The position numbers and the translations under genes are program-made. Shown piece by piece: positions 30,400 to 39,258 of a stretch of DNA of 64,000 nt. The notes below the pieces were generated by a model. That model made no database searches, had not been told where the DNA came from, and saw only the letters and a list, made by a program, of their open reading frames with translations. The DNA lies in NCBI GenBank assembly GCA_039028615.1, contig JBCCHT010000011.1, positions 199,916 to 263,915 of the forward strand, given 5' to 3'. This DNA is from Myxococcota bacterium. Its GTDB lineage: Bacteria; Myxococcota_A; Polyangia; Nannocystales; Nannocystaceae. The number at the start of each line of letters is the position of its first letter. The first letter of the stretch is position 1.

Positions 30400-31401
30400 A
30401 TGCGCCGAATCCTTGCTGCCCTCTCGCTGATGCTCGTGCCCTCCATCGCTTCGGCCGATGCTCGGCAGGACATCATCGACCTGCGCCGCGGCCAGCTCGA
30501 GTCCCAGTCGACCTTCTTGGGTTGGACCGACGACGGCCGTGCCGTGTCGCGTCGTCTGGTGTGCAGCGAAGGCGGAGCCGTCGTTTGCCGCGCCAGCATC
30601 GACGCGCTCGAGGTGGGGGCCGACGAGGAATCGACGGTCTTGTTCCACAGCGACAACTTCGAGGGCGACTACGAAGACCCGCGCAAGGGCCCGGTCTCGA
30701 CGGCGGAGGCGATGGCCTTCATCCGCGGCGAAACCAAGGCGCTCGACGACCTCGGTGCGCTGGAGGCCGGCACCAAGAGCAGTGACCCCAAGGGCGTGTT
30801 CGGTGTCGTGGGCGGAACCCAGACCAAGGTCTACCTCCGAACCTCGCGGCACCGCACCGACGAAGAAGCCCTCAACCTCTTCATCTCCGTCCGCGGGCCG
30901 CGTGGAGCGTCCATCGATCTCGAGCACATGGTCAACGCGCCGTGGCGGGTCGACTCGGAGCAGGTCATCGATGCTCGCATCAGCCCCGATGGTGAGTCGG
31001 TGTGGCTGGCGATGCACTACACCGACGGGGTGATGTGCTGGGACGGCGAGGACATCGAGCTGACGATCGCCGATCGCGGCCGGGTGCGAGCTCAGCTGGC
31101 GAACGCGGCGGGGATGCGGGCGTACCGGAGCGGGGACTTCGACGAGGCGGCGGAGCTGTTCGGCGAGGCTACGGCCGAGGACCCGAGCTATGGCTGGAGC
31201 TGGTTCAACCAGGGGGCGATGCACAGCCGCAACGGTGACTTCGAGGAAGCCGACCAGAGCTTGCGCAACGCAATGAACACCGACCACCGCTTCGCGGAGC
31301 GGGCCTGCGCGGACGATGACTACCACGCCCTGATGGTCGAAGATCCGGCCTACGCGGCGATGTGCAACGAGCAGGAAGAGGGCTACGACGCGGGCTGCTG
31401 A
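30400..31401 (+). CDS. Secreted protein with C-terminal TPR repeats
   Basis: Signal peptide (ASA-DA); ANAAGMRAYRSGDFDEAAELFGEA...WFNQG TPR pattern. Confidence 0.85.
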   Translation: MRRILAALSLMLVPSIASADARQDIIDLRRGQLESQSTFLGWTDDGRAVSRRLVCSEGGAVVCRASIDALEVGADEESTVLFHSDNFEGDYEDPRKGPVSTAEAMAFIRGETKALDDLGALEAGTKSSDPKGVFGVVGGTQTKVYLRTSRHRTDEEALNLFISVRGPRGASIDLEHMVNAPWRVDSEQVIDARISPDGESVWLAMHYTDGVMCWDGEDIELTIADRGRVRAQLANAAGMRAYRSGDFDEAAELFGEATAEDPSYGWSWFNQGAMHSRNGDFEEADQSLRNAMNTDHRFAERACADDDYHALMVEDPAYAAMCNEQEEGYDAGC

Positions 31402-31575
31402 GCCTTCGAATCCCCTGCGCGGACGCGTCCGCGGACCAAAGCTCGCGGCGCTTCGCTCGTTCGTCGACGGAGGCTCGGGCCTGCGTTGGGTGATTGCGGC
31501 TCTGCTACCGCGGAGACTGGCTTGCTCGTAGCCGGGTGCAGGACGGTTGCTGGCGGAGGCTGGACTGCTTGCGTC

Positions 31576-31603
31576 TGAGGGGGAGACCGCACTCTCCCCC
31601 TCA
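31576..31603. repeat. 11-bp inverted repeat (terminator/REP-like hairpin) between convergent genes
   Basis: TGAGGGGGAGA-CCGCAC-TCTCCCCCTCA. Confidence 0.65.
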
Positions 31604-31634
31604 AACAACCCCCCAACAAGCCCTACAACCCCAC

Positions 31635-32411
31635 TTACGCCCCACCCCCTCCAACCTCCACCACCCCCCCACTATCAAATCCCCCCACCGGCTCATCCGG
31701 GTACCCCCGCTGATTACTCACCACCCGAGTCCCCCCCACCCGATAGTCCACACAATGATGCGTATGCCCATGCACCCATAACTCCGCCCCCGACCCCGCA
31801 ACCATCTCGTCGAGGCGACTCGCATACGCTGGACTCAGCCGATCCTTCGCAAACCGAGGATCGAGCGATCGAGCACTCGGAGCATGATGCGTCACCACCA
31901 CCGTGCTCTCCGCCTCCGTCTCCTCCTCCAGCCGCTCTTTCAACCAGGCCTTCGCGAGCGCATGCTCCCGCCGCGTATCCACCGGTCGAAGCCGTCGATA
32001 CCGCGGACTCGTGCGGATCTTCTGGTAGTCGTTCATCGCCGCCGCCGCCACTTCCCCCGACGCCCACGCCCGGTCCTCACCGAACAAGGCAAAGTCGGTC
32101 CACAGCGTGGTCGCCAAGATCCGAACCGGCCCCACCCGAACTTCCGCTCGCTCGAGGACCTGCACGTTCGTCCCCGCTGCCGCCGCCTGCATCTTCTCCA
32201 GGGTCCGCGGCATGGCCCCTCCGTAGTACTCGTGGTTGCCCGCCACATACACGACCGGAACGTCGGGAAACATCTTCTGCGCCCACTCGACCCCGCGGAC
32301 CCCTTTGCCGATGTCTCCCGCGAGCACGACCAAGTCGGCCTCCACCCGCGGCAGGTGAAAGGGCGCGAACTCGGTGTGCAAGTCCGAAAAGACTCGAAGG
32401 CGAGTGGCCAT
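31635..32411 (-). CDS. Calcineurin-like metallophosphoesterase
   Basis: SDLH, LAGDI, VAGNHEYY, TLWTDF, THHAP, WVHGHTH, NQRGYP. Confidence 0.95.
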   Translation of the reverse strand: MATRLRVFSDLHTEFAPFHLPRVEADLVVLAGDIGKGVRGVEWAQKMFPDVPVVYVAGNHEYYGGAMPRTLEKMQAAAAGTNVQVLERAEVRVGPVRILATTLWTDFALFGEDRAWASGEVAAAAMNDYQKIRTSPRYRRLRPVDTRREHALAKAWLKERLEEETEAESTVVVTHHAPSARSLDPRFAKDRLSPAYASRLDEMVAGSGAELWVHGHTHHCVDYRVGGTRVVSNQRGYPDEPVGGFDSGGVVEVGGGGA

Positions 32412-32415
32412 CGGC

Positions 32416-34863
32416 TCAGCTTCCAAGCGCGACGAAGCCGTCGACACCTTCGGTGACGGTGATCGCGGAGTCGACCTTCACCCCTTCGACCCGCTGCACG
32501 GTGCCGCTCGTGGGCCAGGTGATCTCCAGCTCCTCGATCTCGCTGCCCCCGCCGAGTCCGATCTCCTGCTGCAGGCTATTGGCCCCGAAGCTCGCGCCGC
32601 TGCTCACCCAGGTGTAGACGTCCCGCGACTGGCCGCCGTCGAGCACTCGCACCCGCACCCGCGCCCCGATGGCCGCCCGGTTGGTGGTGTCGCCGACCAG
32701 GCGCACCGTGAGCCAGTGGTTGCCGTAGCCCGGGTTCTCGAACAGGGCGTTGTAGAAGGCGTCGGCCTTGTACCAGCCACCCATCTGAATGAAGACGTCC
32801 TGGTCTCCATCGCCATCGAGATCGCCGAAGGCCACGGCGTGGCCCTTCTGCAGGTGGCCCATGTTCACCGCGGAGGTCACGTTCTCGAAGCGCTTGCCGC
32901 CGTCGTTGCGATACATGACGTTGGGCACGAGGATCTCGAAGGGCGGCGACCCGGTGCCCAGGTAGATGTCGGGGAAGCCGTCGCTGTCGATGTCGCCGTA
33001 GTTCGCTCCCATGGGGAATCGAACGTCGAACAGCTCCATGTCCTTGGTCGCGTCGGTGAAGCCGCCGTTGCCATCGTTGATGTAGATCTGCAGGCGCTCC
33101 TGGTCCTCCATGTTGTCCGGGCCGGGAAAACCGAGGAAGTCTGCGGCCCAGACCTCGAGCTTGGCGGGCGGGTAGCCCCCCACGAAGAGGTCGAGGTTGC
33201 CGTCCTGGTTGGCGTCGAAGAACCAGCTGGTGAAGCTATGCACCCCCTGCCCGCGCTCGAGGTCCACCCCGAGATCGGGCGCGACGTCGACGAAGCTGCC
33301 GTTTCCTTCGTTGCGATACAGGTGGTTGGGCTGGTTCAGGTTCGAGACGTACAGGTCGAGGTCACCGTCGTTGTCGTAGTCGCCGAAGGTCGCCCCCTTG
33401 GTGTTGGGCGGACCGGGCAAGCCCCAGACGTTCTCGACGCCGGCCTCGTGGGCGACGTCGACGAAGGTGCCGTCGCCTTCATTGTGGAACAGCTGCGAGG
33501 GGTACCACTCGTTGCCGACGTAGAGGTCGACGAACCCGTCGTTGTCGTAGTCGCCCCAGGCGGCGGCTTGGGCCGGGTAGGCGCGGAGAGCCAGGCCGGC
33601 CTCGAAGCTCACGTCGGTGAAGTTGCCCTTGCCATCGTTTTGCAGCAACGAGTTGCGCTGCCGCCCGGGCGCATGCAGCTGCCACGCGCCACGCACGACA
33701 TAGATGTCGAGATCACCGTCGTTGTCGTAGTCGGCGTGCATGAGGTTGAAGCCGCCGAGCTGCTTGGAGATGCCCGACTGATCGGCCCAGTCGGCAAACG
33801 TGCCGTCCCCCTCGTTGCGATAAAAGTGCATGGTCGAGCACGAGTCGTAGCTCGACGAGACGATGTCGAGGCGGCCGTCGCCATCGAAGTCGTCCATGAT
33901 CGCGCCGCCGATCACGTTGAAGTCGTCCATGCCCTTCTCGCCCGCGAGCTCGGTGAAGCCCGCCATGTCGCGATCGGGCTTCAGGCGCTCGGGCGGCAGC
34001 ACGAAGCGCTCGTCGACGCCCTCGGGGTAGATCCCCACCGCCATGGCGGCCACGTTGAGCAGCCACCGCGCCCGCACGTCGTCGGGGTCGGCCTCGAGGA
34101 CCTCCATCAGCCACTTGATGGCGGTGCGCCCGGCCTCGGGATTGGCCCACACGCCCTCCTTCTGGATGGGGAAGAGGCAGCTGTCGGGGTTGTGCCCGTG
34201 CAGACAGTGGGTGACCTCGCCGCCCCGCAGCGCGGCCACGGCCAGCTCGGTGCGCAGGCCATTGACCTGCTCGAGCGGGTACTCGGCCTTCTGCGCTGCC
34301 CGCAGGGCGAGCAACAGCTGCTCCTGGGCGGGCGCGATGTCGTTGTGGCGCAGCAAGTGCGTCGACAGGGTGCGCCGGGTCTCGATGATCGCATCGACGT
34401 CGCCCTGCCCCTCGAGCTCGGCGACCTTGGCCGTCAGCTCGTCGATGCGCCCGCGACCGAGCATGGGGTCGGTGCTCTTGCCGATGGTCTCGCAGAACGA
34501 CTCGAGGCTGGCGACGTCCCGCTTGATGAGGTCGGCGCGCAGGGCCGTGGCGTAGCCGCCGATCCCGGCGAGCACCAAGGTCAGGCCCCACACCGCGGGC
34601 TCGATGCCTCGACCCCAGCGCCGTCGCGGCGCCCGAACGATGAGCACCATGGCGCCCAGCAGCAACGCCGCCTGCAGCCCTCGGACGGCGAGTAGCCGAC
34701 GGCTCCCGAAGTATTCGTAGGGGGTGAGCAGCTCGAACTGGGCGAGCGCTCGATGCCCCACGAGCATCGCGGTCACGACCCAAAAAGCCCCCAGCAACCG
34801 CCGTCGGGCGGCGCGGAGGGCCTCGAGGTTCGACTCGTTCGGTTCAGAGGGAGTTCTGCTCAT
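32416..34863 (-). CDS. CRTAC1-family FG-GAP/VCBS repeat protein with C-terminal ASPIC/UnbV domain; N-terminal TM helices
   Basis: Repeated DYDNDGDLDLYV motifs; GHLQKGHAVAFGDLDGDGDQD; NRAAIGARV...SFGANSL..EIGLG...ITWPTSG. Confidence 0.92.
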   Translation of the reverse strand: MSRTPSEPNESNLEALRAARRRLLGAFWVVTAMLVGHRALAQFELLTPYEYFGSRRLLAVRGLQAALLLGAMVLIVRAPRRRWGRGIEPAVWGLTLVLAGIGGYATALRADLIKRDVASLESFCETIGKSTDPMLGRGRIDELTAKVAELEGQGDVDAIIETRRTLSTHLLRHNDIAPAQEQLLLALRAAQKAEYPLEQVNGLRTELAVAALRGGEVTHCLHGHNPDSCLFPIQKEGVWANPEAGRTAIKWLMEVLEADPDDVRARWLLNVAAMAVGIYPEGVDERFVLPPERLKPDRDMAGFTELAGEKGMDDFNVIGGAIMDDFDGDGRLDIVSSSYDSCSTMHFYRNEGDGTFADWADQSGISKQLGGFNLMHADYDNDGDLDIYVVRGAWQLHAPGRQRNSLLQNDGKGNFTDVSFEAGLALRAYPAQAAAWGDYDNDGFVDLYVGNEWYPSQLFHNEGDGTFVDVAHEAGVENVWGLPGPPNTKGATFGDYDNDGDLDLYVSNLNQPNHLYRNEGNGSFVDVAPDLGVDLERGQGVHSFTSWFFDANQDGNLDLFVGGYPPAKLEVWAADFLGFPGPDNMEDQERLQIYINDGNGGFTDATKDMELFDVRFPMGANYGDIDSDGFPDIYLGTGSPPFEILVPNVMYRNDGGKRFENVTSAVNMGHLQKGHAVAFGDLDGDGDQDVFIQMGGWYKADAFYNALFENPGYGNHWLTVRLVGDTTNRAAIGARVRVRVLDGGQSRDVYTWVSSGASFGANSLQQEIGLGGGSEIEELEITWPTSGTVQRVEGVKVDSAITVTEGVDGFVALGS

Positions 34864-37800
34864 GCGACCCGTGGGGCAGGAGGGCCCGCAGGTCGGAGAC
34901 CGAGGGAGGTCCTGCCATCGCCAGTAGAACACGCCCTTGCGCGTCGGTCACGATGGTCGAGGGCAAGACGTCCTTGCGCACGAGTGCGTCGAGCACGGCC
35001 TTGGCCGCCGAGCGCTCGGTGACGCTCAGGTTCACCAGCAGGTCGTAGCCGGGATGGTGCTCGTCGATGTAGCTGCGGAGCATGTCCGGCGTGTCCTGGT
35101 CGTCCATGGGCAGGCCGAAGAGCGCGAGCTCGTCTTTGCCCAGGGCCTTCCGAAGCACCGACAGCTGCGGCATGTGCTTCTTACAAGACTCACACCACGT
35201 GGCCATGGTGGAGTAGAGCACCAGCTTCGCCTCGCCCGCGCGCTCGTGGGCGGCATCGACCACGAAGGAGCGCCCTTCTTCGGGCAGGGCCACCGGGTTG
35301 GCGGTGGCCAGCGTTGCCTCACGGTGCAGGTACGGGTGCAGCACCACGCCCGAGCCGTCGACGGTGTCCGCGGGGTTCTCGAACAGCTCGACCCGCTGCC
35401 CCACGGCCACATCGCGCACGGTGCTCGTCTTGCCCGAAGGCCAGGTGATCCGCATGGCCGACACGGTGGTCGCTTCGCCCACGCCGATCACCAGCGTGGA
35501 GGAGTTTTGGGAGGCGAACCCTTCGCCCAGTCGCTTCTCGCGGAGCAAGGTGGTGCCGCCGGGCAGGTCGAGCTGGATCCGAGTGCCGATGGCGTCGCGG
35601 TTGCTCCACTCGGTGCTGGCCTCGGTGCCCTTCAGGCCGCCGCGCAGGTCGACCGCGATCATGTTGCCGATGGTGGCGGGGTCGAAGACCTCGGATGCGC
35701 CGTTGCGGTAGAGCACGAAGCCGGGCTCGTTGGCGTTGACCATCGCGATGTCGTTGAGGCCGTCGTGGTCGAAGTCGATGCTCGACCACGCGCGGGAGTC
35801 GGAGGGAGAGTCGAGCCCCACCACACCCGCGATGTCGTCGAACTGCTTGCCGCCGAGGCTGAGGAAGAAGTGGTTTCGCTCGCCTCCGCTGAACGAAGCC
35901 GAGGCCGAGGACTTCCAGCCCTCCTCGCGCCAGCGCGACTTCCAGGGGTCCTTGTTCTGAATGCCGGAGTGAAGGTTGTCCGAGGAGCGCACGACCGTGC
36001 GCCAGAACTGGCTTCACAAATCTACGTCGACGGCGATCTCCTTGGGCGCGGTGTAGAAGCCCGAGAGCGCGTAGATGTCGAGGAACCCGTCGTTGTCGAA
36101 GTCGGTGAACTGCGAGCCCCAGCCCCAGCCCCCCTTCTCGACCATCATCTTGGGCGCCTCGAGGCCGGACACGTGGTCGAAGGCGCAGTCGCTGCCCATG
36201 TTGCGGAACAACGAGTTGCCGCTGGCCATCTTGACGAAGTTGCCATCGATGAGGTTGCCCAGGCCGCCCGCGATGCGGCGCCCGGCCTTGCTGTACATGT
36301 TGGTCACGTACAGGTCTTGGGCGCCGTCGTTGTCGTAGTCGCCCCAGCTCACGCCCATGCCGAAGCCGACGTCGGCGGTCTGGGTGAGCTCGGTGATGTC
36401 GGTGAACTTGCCGTCGCCGTCGTTGCGGAAGAAGTTGTTCGAGGCGAAGTCGTGCGCCAGGTACAGGTCCTGATCGCCGTCGTTGTCGTAGTCGGCCCAG
36501 CCCCCGTGGTAGGTGTGCCGCCAGACGCCGAGCTGCTCCTGCAGCGGCGATTCCTCGAAGGTCCCGCCCACGTTGGACAGAAACAGGTTGGGCGGACCCA
36601 CCTGGTCGATGAACTCGTGGGCGGTGAGCGAGCGCTTGTGCAGCTCTTTGGCGTCCTCGGGCGACAGATAGGGCGCCAGCAGGGTCTCGGCCGGCTCGAT
36701 GGGGATCTGCCCCGCCCGCTGCGAACGCATCATCTTGACCGCGTAGGTCGACAGGTAGACGTCGAGGCGGCCGTCGCCGTCGTAGTCGGCGGACGAGATG
36801 GAGGTGGTCAGGTTGGGCAGCTCGACCGCGACCTTGTCGCTGGCGTCGGTGAAGCGCCCGTCCACGTTCTCCATGTACATGGAGCGCTTGGCCGTGCGAC
36901 CGAGGAACAGGTCGGAGTCACCGTCGTTGTCGAAGTCGCCGAACAGGCCGCTCGAGACGAACGGAATCCCGGTCAGCCCATACTGCTCGGTGACGTCGGT
37001 GAAGGTCCCGTTGCCGCGATTGCGCAGCAGCTTCATGTCGCTGAAGTGCGGCATGACCAGGACGTCGTCGAAGCCGTCGTGGTCGATGTCGGTCACCGCC
37101 AAGCCGGGGTGGTGGTCCCACGCGATGAAGTGGAAGCCCCAGTAGGGCTCCTTCCACTCCGGGTCGGTGGCCATGCCCACGATGATGTCGTGCAGCTCGG
37201 AGTGACGCAGGGCCTGCCGGGTCTCGGGGTCCGGCACCGCCTGCGCCAGCACGTCCTGGAACATCTTGTTCTTGGCCTGGACGCCCTTGAGCTCCTTTTG
37301 TTTCCACTTGTAGATGCGCCAGGGACGACGGCCCTCTTCGTCCGGCTCGGCGCTGGTGTCCTCGCGCCAGAACAGCTCCTGCTTGCCCTTCATGGTCAGC
37401 CAGGTGCCGTCTTTGGCTCGCGCCAGCGCAGAGAAACCGGACAAGGCCTTCCACTCGGTGAGGTCCTCGTTGGTGAACTCGCCGCGAATGAAATAGATCT
37501 TCGCGTGCTCGAAGTAGTCGACCTTCTCGAAGAGCGGATCCCACGGAGACTCCGTGATCGCCCCCGTCGAGAAGTCGTCCTCGAGCGGCCATTCGAAGTG
37601 AACGGGCGCGACCTGGGACGTGGGCTCGGGCAGCTCGCCGCCCGAGGCGAGGCCGAGCACCTTCACCTTCGGCTCGAACAGGTCGGCGCTGCGATAGTCG
37701 CCGAGGGATAGGTTCGCCACTGCCTTGGACAGCTGCTTGAGCCGCGGCGTGTAGCGGAGGATGAGCTCTTCGGACTCGATGACCCCCTCCAGGGTCTCGG

Positions 37801-37942
37801 CGGCCGCCTGCTCTTCGGCAGGGACGGGCGGATGGCGATGCAGGTACAGCGCAGTACCGCCCGCCGCGATCGCACTGGCGGCGCCTATGAGGAGAGGGAA
37901 TCTATTTCGAGACTTGGAGCGTTCAGCATCAAGGATTGGCAT
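34844..37942 (-). CDS. Probable selenoprotein: FG-GAP/CRTAC1 repeats - Sec643 - ASPIC/UnbV - TlpA-like thioredoxin (CESC); ~1032 aa with UGA readthrough at 36016-36014
   Basis: ORFs 36014-37942 and 34844-35992 are in the same frame, joined by GAT TTG TGA AGC CAG TTC TGG CGC ACG GTC GTG (DL-U-SQFWRTVV). The FG-GAP repeat array continues after the TGA; a SECIS-like hairpin starts 11 nt downstream. Confidence 0.8.
35987..36002 (-). other. Bacterial SECIS-like stem-loop GCGCAC-GGUC-GUGCGC
   Basis: Perfect 6-bp stem with a GGUC loop; begins 11 nt after the in-frame UGA. Confidence 0.75.
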
Positions 37943-38088
37943 TGGGGACGGTGGGCTGGGGGCGCGATGAGACCAGGGTAGGGTCGACCGACCACGACAG
38001 CCTACATGCTTCTGGCGCTAGGGCATCAACCCGACCCGCAACGGAACCATGCCCGAATGACCGGTTGTTCGGGCCACCAACCGTTCAC

Positions 38089-39195
38089 TCAAAGATCAAT
38101 TGCCAAGAACGCAACGAGTTCCTCAGCGGGCCGGAAACCTTGGATCATGCGCAGTGGTGTACGGGCCCCAGGGTCGATCAACACGAACGCGGGCGTGGCC
38201 TGGAGATCGAGCCCTTCGAACAATGTCCACGTTGCATCGTCGGTAATGTCGCGCCGGGCAACGGTGAATTTTTGCATCGCGGCGTTCACTTTGGGACGTA
38301 AGAGTTCCGCCTCCTGTCGCTCGCAGGCCCCACAACCTTTCGCCGTCAGGTGTAATAGCAGCGGCACGTTCCGCGCGTTCGCGTCGCGAAGCGCGGAGTC
38401 GATCGGCGCCCAATTAATTTCGACGCGCGACGGTTCTTGCGGATCGCGCCCCGTCAACCGAGCCAGCTCGCGTTCCACGCCTGCCTCGTTCGCCCATTTC
38501 AACTTCGCGGCGACATTGCACGACCCGTCGATCACGAAGGCCGCATTCGGCCAACCCTTGTAGGCATTCGCGGTCGCGTCATCGGGCGTGTCGAGCAACA
38601 CGGGAATCGTGCCCGGCACCTCGTCGCGCAGCCGACGAGCCAGCGCGCGCCGCTGTTGCAAGGTGGTCGGTGTCGCCACCTCGTCGAACTCGTCGATGCG
38701 CCGGATCGACACCGCCTCGTGCGACGCGACCTCGCCGTCTCCGTTGACGTCACACGAACCAAAGAACGAAGGCGAGCCCCCGTACTCCGCCTGCGTGACG
38801 ATCCCGTTGCCGTCCTTGTCGGACGCCAGCAAGCGATCGAGCTCCGCGTTGAGCTCGTCGCCGCCTTGTCCTTTTGCATGCGCTTCCTTCGAGAACACGA
38901 AGGCGAAGCGGGCGTCGTCACCCCATCGATCGGCTTGGGCCTCGAACCGAGGCACCTTCATCCGAAAGGGGGGTCAACTATAGGAGCCGAAGATCAGCAC
39001 CGTCGGCGCCGCGCCGCACAGGTCCTTCAGCTGGACCTGCGAGCCCCCCAACGCGTCCAGCGAGAAGGCGGGCGCCGCGTCGCCGACCTTGGGATCGAGC
39101 TGGTCGAAGGGCACGGGCGGCGGGCGCTGGTCGCTGCGACAGCCGAGCGAGACGAGCGAGAGCAAGGGCCACGACACCAACGACGACCAGCGCAT
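38089..39195 (-). CDS. Probable selenoprotein: iodothyronine-deiodinase-like lipoprotein (Sec74) with EF-hand insertion and C-terminal thioredoxin (CGAC); 368 aa with UGA readthrough at 38976-38974
   Basis: TTC GGC TCC TAT AGT TGA CCC CCC TTT CGG = FGSYS-U-PPFR, matching the deiodinase FGSxxUPPF site; KVGDAAPAFSL before it, FVFSKEAH after it; DKDGNGIVTQAE and DVNGDGEVASHE EF-hands; lipobox VSLGC. Confidence 0.9.
38937..38956 (-). other. Bacterial SECIS-like stem-loop GG-U-GCCUC-GGUUC-GAGGC-CC
   Basis: GC-rich stem with a 5' bulged U; loop begins GGU about 25 nt after the in-frame UGA. Confidence 0.7.
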
Positions 39196-39258
39196 CGCCG
39201 TCCAGGGTAGCAGCGATTGCAGGGTGCCCGGCGGCGATCGATGGGCGATGATGGGCGG

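Noticed and set aside
31393..31440. TPR gene ending Gly-Cys-TGA with a downstream hairpin (a GCU-like Sec motif)
   Set aside because: The readthrough frame looks non-coding, and the hairpin lacks the GGU loop of the two real candidates; more likely a true stop with a terminator/REP.
32700..37100. Recurring GTTGTCGTAGTCG-like DNA repeats as a CRISPR or tandem array
   Set aside because: They encode the DYDNDG FG-GAP repeats within CDSs; spacing is irregular and there are no cas genes.
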